DNA of 62,455 bases, filler included, from Mycoplasmatota bacterium (GCA_012727915.1; 5 parts of 5 records of this genome joined end to end with filler, not necessarily neighbours in it), one strand, 5' to 3'; shown: positions 41,272 through 52,006, counted from the whole stretch's first letter. Translations and numbers: made by a program. Notes: generated by a model from the sequence alone, not told the origin.

Positions 41272-43248
41272 ATGATAAGAAATAGCGAAGTATCCGATAA
41301 AAAAATTATCGATAGTATTAGATGCCTTGGTATAGATATGATAAGTAATGCTAAAAGTGGACATCCTGGAATTGTTCTGGGGGCTGCACCTATTTTATAT
41401 ACTTTATTTTTAAGACATTTAAAGATTTATCCTACAAGAAATAAATGGATTAATAGAGATAGATTTGTATTGTCTGCAGGACATGGTTCTGCATTGTTAT
41501 ATAGTATGCTTTATTTTTCTGGTTTTAATATATCTATTGAAGATTTAAAGAAATTTAGAAAAGCTAAATCAAAAACTCCCGGTCACCCCGAATATGGAGT
41601 TACTGATGGCATTGAAGTTACTACTGGGCCATTAGGGCAAGGATTTGCTAATGCTGTTGGAATGGCTATTTCTGAAAAACATTTTTCTAGTTTATTTAAT
41701 ATATATGATCATCATACTTATGTATTGGTTAGTGATGGAGACCTTATGGAAGGTATCTCTTATGAAGTAGCTTCTTTAGCGGGACATCTTAATTTAAATA
41801 AATTAATGGTTCTTTATGATTCAAATAATATATCTTTAGATGGAAGTACTAATTTATCGTTTAGTGAAAATGTATTAAAAAGATTTGAAGCTTTAGGTTG
41901 GCATACAGAAGTAGTACATAATGGTGAAGATATAGATGAAATAGATAAGGCAATATATAAAGCTAAGATTAATGAAGAAAAGCCTACAATTATAGAAATT
42001 AAAACTACTATTGGTAAAGGTTCTATAAATCAAGGAACTAATTTAGTTCATGGATCTCCATTAAAAGAAGAAGATGTTTATCAATTAAAGGAATCTTTAG
42101 GAATAAGAAATGTTCCTTTTGCAGTATCTAAAGATGCTTTAGATGCTTTTCAAAATGATTTGTTTGAAAGAATCGAATTGGAATATAGAAGTTGGGATAC
42201 AATGTATAATGAATTTAAAAATACTGATATAAATGCAAAAGTATTTGAAAGTATTTTTGAAAAGAAAAGAACTTATAACATTATAGATATGTTTCCAAAT
42301 ATTAAAGATTATAATAATTTGTCATTAAGAGAACTTAATTCAAAAGTTATGAATGTTGCTTCTGATTATATATTAAATATAATGGGAGGAAGTGCTGATT
42401 TAAATACTTCTACTAAAGCATATTTAAATAAATATGGTACTTTTTCTAATTTGAATCCAAGTGGAAAAAATATTTATTTTGGTGTTAGAGAGCACGCAAT
42501 GGCTGGAATAATGAATGGTATGGCTTTATCTAATTTAATACCATTTGGTTCTACTTTTTTAGTGTTTTCTGATTATATGAGACCAAGTATTAGATTGGCA
42601 AGTTTAATGAATTTGTTTTGTATTTATATTTTTACTCATGATAGTATTAATATTGGAGAAGATGGATCAACTCATCAACCTATAGAACAATTATCATCTT
42701 TAAGAAGTGTTCCTAATTTTAGAGTATATAGACCTTGTGATATTAAAGAAGTTATTGGATGTTGGGATACAGTGCTTAAAGATAAAAAACCATGTGCATT
42801 AGTATTATCACGAAATGAAGTTAATACTTTGGATAATACAAATGCTTATTATGTTAAAAATGGAGCTTATATAGTTAAAAAAGAGAAAGCTAAGATGGAC
42901 GCTATAATTATTGCAACTGGTTCTGAAGTAGAAATTGCTATTAAAGTATCTGAAAACTTATTTGAAAAAGGAAAAAATATTAGAGTAGTAAGTATGCCTT
43001 GTATGGAATTATTTGAAGAACAAGAAGATGCATATAAAGAAGAAATATTGCCAAATAGAATAAAGAAATTTGTAATAGAGTTTGGATCAAGTCAAAGCTG
43101 GTATAAATATGTTAAAAGTAAAGATTATATGATTACTATTGATGAATTTGGATTAAGTGGTTCGAAAGAAGATATATATAACATTAAAAAGATGGATATT
43201 AAATCAATAACTGATAAGATTGAAAGAATTTTAGGAGAAAATATATGA
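41272..43248 (+). CDS. tkt: Transketolase
   Basis: SGHPG, DRFVLSAGHGS, DGDLMEG, GVREHAM, GEDGSTHQP. Confidence 0.96.
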   Translation: MIRNSEVSDKKIIDSIRCLGIDMISNAKSGHPGIVLGAAPILYTLFLRHLKIYPTRNKWINRDRFVLSAGHGSALLYSMLYFSGFNISIEDLKKFRKAKSKTPGHPEYGVTDGIEVTTGPLGQGFANAVGMAISEKHFSSLFNIYDHHTYVLVSDGDLMEGISYEVASLAGHLNLNKLMVLYDSNNISLDGSTNLSFSENVLKRFEALGWHTEVVHNGEDIDEIDKAIYKAKINEEKPTIIEIKTTIGKGSINQGTNLVHGSPLKEEDVYQLKESLGIRNVPFAVSKDALDAFQNDLFERIELEYRSWDTMYNEFKNTDINAKVFESIFEKKRTYNIIDMFPNIKDYNNLSLRELNSKVMNVASDYILNIMGGSADLNTSTKAYLNKYGTFSNLNPSGKNIYFGVREHAMAGIMNGMALSNLIPFGSTFLVFSDYMRPSIRLASLMNLFCIYIFTHDSINIGEDGSTHQPIEQLSSLRSVPNFRVYRPCDIKEVIGCWDTVLKDKKPCALVLSRNEVNTLDNTNAYYVKNGAYIVKKEKAKMDAIIIATGSEVEIAIKVSENLFEKGKNIRVVSMPCMELFEEQEDAYKEEILPNRIKKFVIEFGSSQSWYKYVKSKDYMITIDEFGLSGSKEDIYNIKKMDIKSITDKIERILGENI

Positions 43249-43517
43249 AGAAATTTTTAAGTAAAAAATTAAAAAGAGAGACTACTGTTGAACAAGAAAT
43301 AAAAGAATCTATAATTAAATCTATAGTAACAACATTTATTGTATGTTTTTTCATATTTTTTGATGGAGGATCATTACCAACTGCATTAATAGAATTAACC
43401 AAATCTGATAGAAATGTTATAGAGTGGTTCTTTATTATGTTACCATTTGTTATAATAATGCATCTATTAGTATCTTTTTTAGTATGTTATATAGAAATTA
43501 AAAAAAATAAAAGGTAA
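43245..43517 (+). CDS. Hypothetical membrane protein
   Basis: Overlaps tkt stop; two hydrophobic segments. Confidence 0.65.
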   Translation: MKKFLSKKLKRETTVEQEIKESIIKSIVTTFIVCFFIFFDGGSLPTALIELTKSDRNVIEWFFIMLPFVIIMHLLVSFLVCYIEIKKNKR

Positions 43518-44651
43518 TTATTTACCTTTTAACATATCTTTATATATTTTATAAACATTTTCTATTACGACTTTTTTGTCGTATTTTTTTGCAATACTTT
43601 TTAAATAATTAATATTATATTCAGTTTTACTACATTTAATAATAGCTTTAGCCATATCTTCAGGATCATTTACATTACATAATACTCCACATTTATCATC
43701 AATATATTCTTCAGGACCTTTGCATCTAGTAGAAACAATTGGTATACCTGATGCTAGAGCTTCTATACCTGGGATTGAAAATGTTTCTTTATCACTAGAA
43801 ATAATTAATATACTTTTATTACTTAATATTTTAGCTATGTCTTTTTTTATGTTTTTTCTCCCTAAAAAAGTAACATAATTATTTAAATTTAATTCTGTAG
43901 TTAGTTTTTTATATTCTTCCATTAACTCTCCATCACCTACAATATCAAAACTAATATCTTTAATATTATATTTATCTATCAATATTTTGATTGCTTTTAA
44001 AGTAACATCAATATACTTGCCAGGTCTTAGTGCTGAAACACTTACTAATTTTAAGGTGTTGTTTTTGTTTTTAGAACTAAAAAATTCACTAGTATCTACT
44101 AAATTTGGAATCACTTTACAATCAGTACCCACTTTTTCTGTCATATAATTACTTACGGTTGAATATGTAGAGTTTTTTAAAGCATACATCGCATATTTAT
44201 TATTTTTTCCTTCGAAAAAACTATTAAATTTACTGAAATGTTCAGTAATTAATACTGGAATATCATATTTTTTTCCTAATTTAGCAGATGCGTATCCAGC
44301 TGGTAATGTAACATGAGCATGAATAATATCTGGTTTACCAAGAATTTCTTCATATTTTAAATAAGATTTTTCAAGCTTTTTTGTGTAATAATATAAATTC
44401 AACTTATAATTTATAGATTTTAAATTTAAAACTTTATTAATATAAATATTATAATTTTTTTCTTTGATTATTTCTTCTTTTTCATTAAATAAATATTTTA
44501 AAGGGTTTTTAAGCCTTTGTCTATATAAAAATAAAATATTTGCTTTAATGTTTTTATGTTCATTTAATGCTTCGGTAAAATCTTTATGATATATGCCCAT
44601 TAGTTTATCTTCACCAAATGGTAACCAACTAGGTATTACTAAAACTTTCAT
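43518..44651 (-). CDS. Glycosyltransferase family 4
   Basis: PDIIHAH, ITEH, ETFSIPGIEALASG (EX7E). Confidence 0.9.
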   Translation of the reverse strand: MKVLVIPSWLPFGEDKLMGIYHKDFTEALNEHKNIKANILFLYRQRLKNPLKYLFNEKEEIIKEKNYNIYINKVLNLKSINYKLNLYYYTKKLEKSYLKYEEILGKPDIIHAHVTLPAGYASAKLGKKYDIPVLITEHFSKFNSFFEGKNNKYAMYALKNSTYSTVSNYMTEKVGTDCKVIPNLVDTSEFFSSKNKNNTLKLVSVSALRPGKYIDVTLKAIKILIDKYNIKDISFDIVGDGELMEEYKKLTTELNLNNYVTFLGRKNIKKDIAKILSNKSILIISSDKETFSIPGIEALASGIPIVSTRCKGPEEYIDDKCGVLCNVNDPEDMAKAIIKCSKTEYNINYLKSIAKKYDKKVVIENVYKIYKDMLKGK

Positions 44652-44739
44652 ACTTTCACCTCAAACAAATTATAATATTTTAAGTTACATATTGCAATAA
44701 CATTAATTATTTAGTAAGATTTATAAAGGAGGTATTTAT

Positions 44740-44949
44740 ATGTGGTTAGATATATTATATGTAGTAATAGGATTAGTAATAGGATTATTGATAGGTTTTT
44801 TCTTATCAAAGTATTTAACAAAGAAATATATGAAAGAAAATCCACCAATTAATGAAGATATGGTTAGAACGATGATGAGTCAAATGGGAAGAACTCCTTC
44901 TCAAAAACAAGTCAATCAAGTTATGAAATCATTTAAAAAACAAATGTAA
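44740..44949 (+). CDS. yneF: YneF-family membrane protein
   Basis: TM + [20 protein letters not shown]. Confidence 0.9.
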   Translation: MWLDILYVVIGLVIGLLIGFFLSKYLTKKYMKENPPINEDMVRTMMSQMGRTPSQKQVNQVMKSFKKQM

Positions 44950-44958
44950 GGAGGAAAA

Positions 44959-45093
44959 GTGGAAGATAAAAAACAAATTTATGTTTGCTCAGTATGTGGT
45001 TATGAAACAGTAGGTCCTTTACCAGATGATTATATTTGTCCTGTATGTGGAGTAGATGTAACACATTTTGTATTAAAAGAAGAAAAACAATAG
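44959..45093 (+). CDS. Rubredoxin-like protein, 44 aa (not in ORF track)
   Basis: AAGGAGG RBS + GTG; YVCSVCGY...LPDDYICPVCGV...F. Confidence 0.85.
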   Translation: MEDKKQIYVCSVCGYETVGPLPDDYICPVCGVDVTHFVLKEEKQ

Positions 45094-45139
45094 ATTTTTA
45101 CTTCTTTTTTTATGATATATTTTTTTATAGGGAGGTTTT

Positions 45140-46110
45140 ATGGAAAAAAAAGATGTAAAAGAAGAGTTATTAAAAAGGTATAAATATTTTTATGAAAATG
45201 CAGGTCTTATATTGGGACCTTATTATAAAAATTGTAGGTTTAATTTACCAACAAATTTAATAGAAGATTTGGAAATTTCTTTTCTTTCTGAAATAAGATT
45301 AGAAGACACTAATTTTTATAAAGAATTTGAAAAACAAAAGGAAGATAAAAATTATTTAGAAAAAGCAAATGCTGCAATTAAGCAACAAAAAAAGACAGTT
45401 GGGGTTATTCTTTTCCACCAGAACTTGATTTGTGGACATTAATATTTAAAGTTAGGGAATATATAAAAGATCAATCCGGTGACTTGGATAATAAAAAAGT
45501 AAAAATTGATGTTTTAGATGAATATTTTAGACTAAGAAGATATGAAAATAATGGTAGAATTTGGACAAGCGGTTATAATTATACTTTTGAAGATATTAAG
45601 AACAACTTGTTTAATGGTTCTTATCCAATAAGAAAAGAGCTTGAACCAACTAGAAAAAAACATGATGTTGGGGTAAAAAGTAATGTTTTTTTAAATACTA
45701 TATATAATAGAGATGATAAAAAATATGTTAGTTATTTTTCTGAGGAAGAAAAACAAAATGTATATTTGTCATTACATGACGAATTACCCTGGAATTTGAC
45801 TATTAATTGTTCACATGAAGAAAACGAAGAAGACAAATTAGAAAGACCTAATAATACAAAACCATGTAGCGAAGATTTTTATGTTAAGGAAGAAGAAATC
45901 TTTATGTCGGGAGAAGAATATTATCAAAGATGTACTAATTGTGGATATATTGTAAATATTCCAAAAGAAATATTATCTTTAGGTATTAAAGAAAGAATAG
46001 ATAATTCTATAAAATCAAATCCCGATTTAGAAAGATACAATGTTCTTAAATCCGAATTAGAAAGCATTGAGAATAAAGGCAAAACTAAAGCATTAACAAA
46101 TAAAAACTAA
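45140..46110 (+). pseudogene. Orphan gene split by -1 frameshift at A_AAA_AAG (45388-45394); C-terminal zinc-ribbon-like Cys
   Basis: Tracked ORFs 45140-45442 and 45430-46110 join in the -1 frame at the A7 run; CTNCG motif. Confidence 0.65.
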
Positions 46111-46169
46111 TTAAGAAGTTTATCACTTCTTTTTTTTTATGATATAATTTTATTGATAGGAGATACAAT

Positions 46170-48062
46170 ATGGCAGTACAATATGATGAGAAATCTATAA
46201 AAATATTAGAAGGATTAGAATCTGTAAGAAAAAGACCAGGTATGTATATTGGTTCTACAGATAAAAGGGGACTTCATCATTTGGTTTGGGAAATAGTAGA
46301 TAACTCAATAGATGAAGCAATAAATGGTTATGGTAATTATATTAAAATAATATTACATTCAGACCATAGTGTTAGTGTTATAGATGATGGAAGAGGAGTT
46401 CCCGTTGGAAAACACGAAAGTGGAAAGAGTACTCCCGAAGTAATTTATACTATACTTCATGCTGGAGGTAAGTTTTCAGATTCTGGATATAAAATATCTG
46501 GTGGATTACATGGTGTTGGTGCTTCTGTTGTTAATGCTTTAAGTAAGTGGATGGAAGTTACTATTAAAAAAGATGGTGGAGAATATTATATTAGGTTTGA
46601 AAATGGGGGTAAAGTAGCAAAACCCTTAACAAAGATTGGAACCACTAATAAGACAGGAACAGCAGTAAGATTTCTCGCTGATTCTGAAATTTTTTCTACA
46701 ATTAATTTTAGTTTTACTACGATATGTGAAAGAATGCAAGAATGTGCATTTTTACTTAAAGGTTTAACTGTAGAAGTAATTGATGAAGAGGATAAGAAAC
46801 AAGAAAAGTTTAACTATGAAAATGGGTTAGAAGCTTTTGTAAAATATATAAATGAAGATAAAACTCCAATACATAATGTGTTTCATTTTAATTCTATAAA
46901 AGAAGATATCGAAGTAGAAGTGGCACTTCAATATACAGACAGTTATTCTGAAAACATTGTATCTTTTGTAAATAATGTTAAAACAACTGATGGAGGATCA
47001 CATGAAATAGGTTTTAAAACCGCAATTACGAGAGTCTTTAATGAATATGCTAAAGAAAATGATTATATTAAAAATAAAGATAAATCTTTTGAAGGTAGTG
47101 ATGTTAGAGAAGGATTAACCGCAATATTATCAGTTAGAATTCCAGAGTCAATACTCCAATTTGAAGGACAAACAAAAGCTAAGCTTGGTACTCCAATTGC
47201 TAAACCAGTAGTTGAAAGTATAGTGTTTGAAAAATTAAGATTTTATTTAGAAGAAAATAAAGAAGCAGCAACCTCTATCTTAGATAAAGCATTAAAAGGT
47301 AAAACAGCTAGAGAAGCCGCAAGAAAAGCAAGAGATGAAGCAAGAAAAAATAATGGAAGTAAAAAAGAAAGAATATTAAGTGGAAAATTAACTCCTGCTC
47401 AATCTAAAGATACAAAAAAGAATGAGTTGTTTTTAGTAGAAGGTGATTCTGCTGGAGGATCGGCAAAACAAGGAAGAGATAGAAAAATTCAAGCGATTCT
47501 TCCACTAAGAGGAAAAGTTATAAATACTGAAAAAGCTAAATTAGAGGATATATTTAAAAATGAAGAAATAAATACAATGATTTATACAATAGGAGCTGGA
47601 GTAGGAAATGATTTCCATATAGAAGATTGCAATTATGATAAGATAATTATTATGACTGATGCTGATGATGATGGTGCTCATATTCAAATATTATTATTAA
47701 CATTTTTTTATAGATATATGAAACCATTAATAGAAAACGGCAAATTATATGTTGCGCTTCCTCCTTTATATAGATTGGAATATTCAAATAAAAAGTATGA
47801 ATATATATATACTGACGAAGAATTAAAAGAAGTTAAAGAAACTATAAAAGGAAAACAAAGATATAAAGGTCTTGGAGAAATGAATGCAGAACAACTATGG
47901 GATACTACTATGAATCCAGAAACAAGATCTTTAATTAAAGTAACTATTGGGGATGCAGTCTTAGCGGAAAAAAGAGTTAGTGTTTTAATGGGAGACAATG
48001 TGGAGCCAAGAAAAGAATGGATTGAGGAGAATGTTGAATTTTCTTTAGAAGATGAATTTTAA
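46170..48062 (+). CDS. parE: DNA topoisomerase IV subunit B
   Basis: VRKRPGMYIGSTDKRGLHHL, EGDSAGG, PLRGK, C-terminal EPRKEWIEENVEF (ParE-type). Confidence 0.88.
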   Translation: MAVQYDEKSIKILEGLESVRKRPGMYIGSTDKRGLHHLVWEIVDNSIDEAINGYGNYIKIILHSDHSVSVIDDGRGVPVGKHESGKSTPEVIYTILHAGGKFSDSGYKISGGLHGVGASVVNALSKWMEVTIKKDGGEYYIRFENGGKVAKPLTKIGTTNKTGTAVRFLADSEIFSTINFSFTTICERMQECAFLLKGLTVEVIDEEDKKQEKFNYENGLEAFVKYINEDKTPIHNVFHFNSIKEDIEVEVALQYTDSYSENIVSFVNNVKTTDGGSHEIGFKTAITRVFNEYAKENDYIKNKDKSFEGSDVREGLTAILSVRIPESILQFEGQTKAKLGTPIAKPVVESIVFEKLRFYLEENKEAATSILDKALKGKTAREAARKARDEARKNNGSKKERILSGKLTPAQSKDTKKNELFLVEGDSAGGSAKQGRDRKIQAILPLRGKVINTEKAKLEDIFKNEEINTMIYTIGAGVGNDFHIEDCNYDKIIIMTDADDDGAHIQILLLTFFYRYMKPLIENGKLYVALPPLYRLEYSNKKYEYIYTDEELKEVKETIKGKQRYKGLGEMNAEQLWDTTMNPETRSLIKVTIGDAVLAEKRVSVLMGDNVEPRKEWIEENVEFSLEDEF

Positions 48063-48339
48063 TTGTTTATATTTGTTAAAAAGGAGAAATTATGGAAGAA
48101 ATAAAGGTTAACAAATTAAGTAATAAAATTAAAATATGGGATGTTTTTAGAATTTATAGAGAAATATCTAGAGATTTTTTTTAAAAGAATATAATAAAAT
48201 AAAAGAAGAAATAGAAACAAAAACAAAAAGATGATTTTGTTCTTGAAAATGAAGAATTAAAGACAAGATAGTGTAAAAAAAGACTATATGTCTTTTTTAT
48301 TTTAAAATAATCAATTATAATATAAAGATAGGAGGAATT

Positions 48340-49128
48340 ATGGAATTAAAAGATAAAAAGGTTATAGTAACTGGTGGAGCAGCAGGAATGGGAAAAGAAC
48401 TTGTTGTTCAATTATTAAAAAAAGGTTCGTATGTAGCAGCTTTAGACATTAATCAGGAGGGTTTAAATAATTTAAAAAGTGAATTAAATAATGATAGATT
48501 ATCTATTCATAGAGTAGATGTTTCTAATGATCAATCTTTAGAAGATTTTAAAAGAGAATATTATAGTATTCATCAAGAAGTTGATTGCTTAATTAATTGT
48601 GCTGGTATTATTCAACCATTCGTTAATGTTGAACAATTAGATATGAACACAATAAATAGAGTAATGAATATTAATTTTTTTGGACCATTCAAGTTAACAA
48701 AGATGTTTATTGAAGATTTAAAGAAAAGACCTATTGCTAATATAACTAATATTTCAAGTATGGGAGGCTTTTTCCCTTTCCCAGGACAAACTGTATATGG
48801 AGCTTCTAAAGCAGCATTAAAATTATTTACTGAAGGTTTATATGCTGAATCTTTAGACACTAATTTAAAAGTAATGGTAGTGTTTCCTGGTGCTATTGCT
48901 ACTGATATTGCTAAAAATTCAAATGTTCAAATGAATACAAGTGCTAGTGATAGTAAAATGAAAATGACATCTGCACCAGATGCATCTAGTCAAATCATTA
49001 AAGGTATTGAAAAAGATACATTTAAATTATATGTTGGAAAAGATGCTAAGTTTATGAATATGCTATATAAATTTAATGATAAAAAAGCAATTGCGTATAT
49101 AAATAAAATGATGAAGAAAATGCATTAA
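48340..49128 (+). CDS. Short-chain dehydrogenase/reductase
   Basis: TGGAAGMG, NCAG, YGASK. Confidence 0.92.
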   Translation: MELKDKKVIVTGGAAGMGKELVVQLLKKGSYVAALDINQEGLNNLKSELNNDRLSIHRVDVSNDQSLEDFKREYYSIHQEVDCLINCAGIIQPFVNVEQLDMNTINRVMNINFFGPFKLTKMFIEDLKKRPIANITNISSMGGFFPFPGQTVYGASKAALKLFTEGLYAESLDTNLKVMVVFPGAIATDIAKNSNVQMNTSASDSKMKMTSAPDASSQIIKGIEKDTFKLYVGKDAKFMNMLYKFNDKKAIAYINKMMKKMH

Positions 49129-49143
49129 AAAACTGAGATTATC

Positions 49144-50085
49144 TCAGTTTTTTATTTTATCAATATTTTTAAAATTTAATTTTGAAATATATTTTAATTT
49201 ATCTATACCATATTTTTTAACAATTTCTTTTCCAACTTCATCAACTTTTGTGCTTGCCCCTTTAGGTATTTCTATATTTAATTCTTTTGATAATTTATTC
49301 ATCTCCTTTAAAAATAAATATCTACTAATTATGGAAGAACATGCTACAGATAAACATTTATCCTCAGCTTTAGTAGTAAATGTAATATTTCTAACTACAT
49401 TACTAACATCTTTTAAATAATTAAAATATACATATTTTTTAGCAAATTCATCAATAACAATCATATCGTAATTGTATTTATCTTTATTTAATAATTGATA
49501 TAATACTTTGTTATGTAATATAGCTTTAATTTTATTCATATTATTTTTTTCACTATAATTATTATTGTAGTCTTCATTATTAAGTATAATTGAAACATGA
49601 GGAATTCTTTTTATTATTGAAGGCGCAATATTAATTATTTTTTCATCAGTTATCTTTTTAGAGTCTCTTACTCCTAGACTCTCTAAAAAAGAAATATCTT
49701 TTCTTGATACATAAGAAGCAGTAACAATTATAGGACCAAAGAAATCACCAGTTCCAACTTCATCAGATCCTATTGAATTTATAAAATAATAATCAGTAGT
49801 ATCTTCTTTTTTATCTTTATCTTTCTTTTCTTTTTCTTCTGGAAGCTTTCCATTTAAAGCAAGTTCTCTTTCTCTCCATATGGAAGCATCAATATCTGCA
49901 CTTATACCTTGAAATACTACTTTATTTGATTCATAAAAAGTTACTACAGTATCTTCTTCATCAGCTTGAAAAAGAGCATATTGAGGAGTTTTTTCTCTTT
50001 TTTTATCTTGAAAATACTCTATCATTTCTTCTTTAGTGTTATCAGATACTTTAAAACTAAAAGTTTTTGGTTTTTCTTTTTCCAT
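49144..50085 (-). CDS. rnhC: Ribonuclease HIII
   Basis: N-terminal domain ending VVFQG, GSDEVGTGDFFGP, RDSKK, VACSSIISR. Confidence 0.92.
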   Translation of the reverse strand: MEKEKPKTFSFKVSDNTKEEMIEYFQDKKREKTPQYALFQADEEDTVVTFYESNKVVFQGISADIDASIWRERELALNGKLPEEKEKKDKDKKEDTTDYYFINSIGSDEVGTGDFFGPIIVTASYVSRKDISFLESLGVRDSKKITDEKIINIAPSIIKRIPHVSIILNNEDYNNNYSEKNNMNKIKAILHNKVLYQLLNKDKYNYDMIVIDEFAKKYVYFNYLKDVSNVVRNITFTTKAEDKCLSVACSSIISRYLFLKEMNKLSKELNIEIPKGASTKVDEVGKEIVKKYGIDKLKYISKLNFKNIDKIKN

Positions 50086-50156
50086 AATACACATCCCAAA
50101 ATAATTTTATCACAAAAAGATATTATTTTATAGTATAATGATAATAGAGGTAGATT

Positions 50157-50834
50157 ATGAATTTAGTAGATGTTCTTATAATTTTGGGTATTGGATTAGG
50201 AGCTGTAATAGGTTTTAAAAGAGGATTTATAAAATCTATAGTAATATTTATAGGTACTATATTAGTGTTTTATTTAGCTTTTAAATTTAAATCACCCTTA
50301 GCAGCTTTTCTTTATACTAATTTTCCTTTCTTTGATTTAGGAGGTTTATCATCTCTTAATCTATTATTATATGAAGGAATATCTTTTATTGTGCTCTTAA
50401 TATTATTATTTATATTATTGAAAGTATTAGTAACTGTTTCTGGAATAATAGAAAAAATATTAAAAATGACAGTTATTCTTGCTATTCCATCTAAAATTTT
50501 AGGATTAGTAGTTGGAGCATTACAATCATATGTTATAATGTATATTGTTTTGTTAATTCTTTGTTTTCCAATATTTAATATTAAGATGGTAAATGAATCA
50601 AAAGGAAAAGAAATAATGTTTAGTTATACTCCATTGTTCTCTAAAATAACAGATAATACAATGAGTACATTTGATAAAATATTTGATATAACAAGCGAAG
50701 ATATTACTACACCTATAGATAAAGAAAATGCAGACAAACAAATATTAGAAATAATTAAAGAAAGTGGAATAGTAACAAAAGATAATATAGTAGAATTAAT
50801 AAAAGATGGAAAGTTAATACCAAAGGAGGAATAA
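50157..50834 (+). CDS. CvpA-family membrane protein
   Basis: GFKRGF motif, TM helices, position between rnhC and trxA. Confidence 0.8.
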   Translation: MNLVDVLIILGIGLGAVIGFKRGFIKSIVIFIGTILVFYLAFKFKSPLAAFLYTNFPFFDLGGLSSLNLLLYEGISFIVLLILLFILLKVLVTVSGIIEKILKMTVILAIPSKILGLVVGALQSYVIMYIVLLILCFPIFNIKMVNESKGKEIMFSYTPLFSKITDNTMSTFDKIFDITSEDITTPIDKENADKQILEIIKESGIVTKDNIVELIKDGKLIPKEE

Positions 50835-50835
50835 A

Positions 50836-51138
50836 ATGGTAAAACACATTACAGGAAAAGAATTTGATAATGAAATTAAAGAAGGAATAGTATTGGTGGA
50901 TTTTTATGCTGATTGGTGTGGACCTTGCAAAATGTTAGCGCCTATATTAGAAACATTAGCTAGTAAACATCCAAAAGTTAAAGTATTAAAAGTTAATGTA
51001 GATGAAGAACAAGAATTAGCTATGAAATATAGTATTATGGCTATACCTACATTAATGGTTTATAAAAACGGAAAACAAGCAGATGTAAGACAAGGATTTG
51101 CAAGTTTAGATTTGCTTGAAGAAATGATAGAGGAATAG
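50836..51138 (+). CDS. trxA: Thioredoxin
   Basis: WCGPC. Confidence 0.96.
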   Translation: MVKHITGKEFDNEIKEGIVLVDFYADWCGPCKMLAPILETLASKHPKVKVLKVNVDEEQELAMKYSIMAIPTLMVYKNGKQADVRQGFASLDLLEEMIEE

Positions 51139-51160
51139 AAGAAATTCTATTTTTTTAAAT

Positions 51161-52006
51161 ATGAAGATAGCAAATAAATGGAAAGATTTTGAATTATTAG
51201 ATTTAGATAATGGATATAAACAAGAAAGATGGAAAGATTATATTTTAGTTAGACCTGATCCTCAAGTAATATGGAATGATAACAAACAATTTGAATATGA
51301 TGCATATTATCATAGAAGTAGTACAGGTGGTGGATATTGGGAAAATAAAAACAATCTATCTAATTGGGAAATATCTTATAAAGAATTAATTTTTAATGTT
51401 AAGTTAATGAGTTTTAAGCATACAGGAGTATTCCCTGAACAGTCTATAAATTGGGATTATATGATAGATAAAATTAAAAAAGAAAAAAGAGAAATAAAAG
51501 TTTTAAATTTATTTGCGTATACAGGTGGCGCTACTTTAGCGTGTCTTTATGCTGGAGCTTCAGTAGTACATGTTGATTCATCAAAAGGTATGGTAGAGTG
51601 GGCTAAAGAAAACGTTAAATCTTCTAAATTAGATGATAAACCAGTAAGATTTATTGTGGATGATGTAATTAAATTTACTGAAAGAGAAATAAGAAGAGGA
51701 AACAAATATGATGCAATAATAATGGATCCTCCATCTTATGGTAGAGGATCTAATGGAGAAATATGGGATATAGAAAAAGATCTATATACATTACTAAATA
51801 TTTGTAAAAATTTATTAAGTGATGATCCATTATTTGTAATAATTAATTCTTATACTACTGGATTATCTCCAAAAGTATTAGAAAATATACTTACAAAAAC
51901 TATAAATAATAAAGGAACAATATCTTCAGATGAAATAGGTTTAGAATCTAAAGATGGTTTAATATTACCTTGTGGAATATATGGAAGATGGGAAAAAGAT
52001 GAATAA
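51161..52006 (+). CDS. Class I SAM-dependent methyltransferase (RlmI/RlmK-like)
   Basis: HTGVFPEQ, LNLFAYTGG, DPPSY. Confidence 0.85.
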   Translation: MKIANKWKDFELLDLDNGYKQERWKDYILVRPDPQVIWNDNKQFEYDAYYHRSSTGGGYWENKNNLSNWEISYKELIFNVKLMSFKHTGVFPEQSINWDYMIDKIKKEKREIKVLNLFAYTGGATLACLYAGASVVHVDSSKGMVEWAKENVKSSKLDDKPVRFIVDDVIKFTEREIRRGNKYDAIIMDPPSYGRGSNGEIWDIEKDLYTLLNICKNLLSDDPLFVIINSYTTGLSPKVLENILTKTINNKGTISSDEIGLESKDGLILPCGIYGRWEKDE

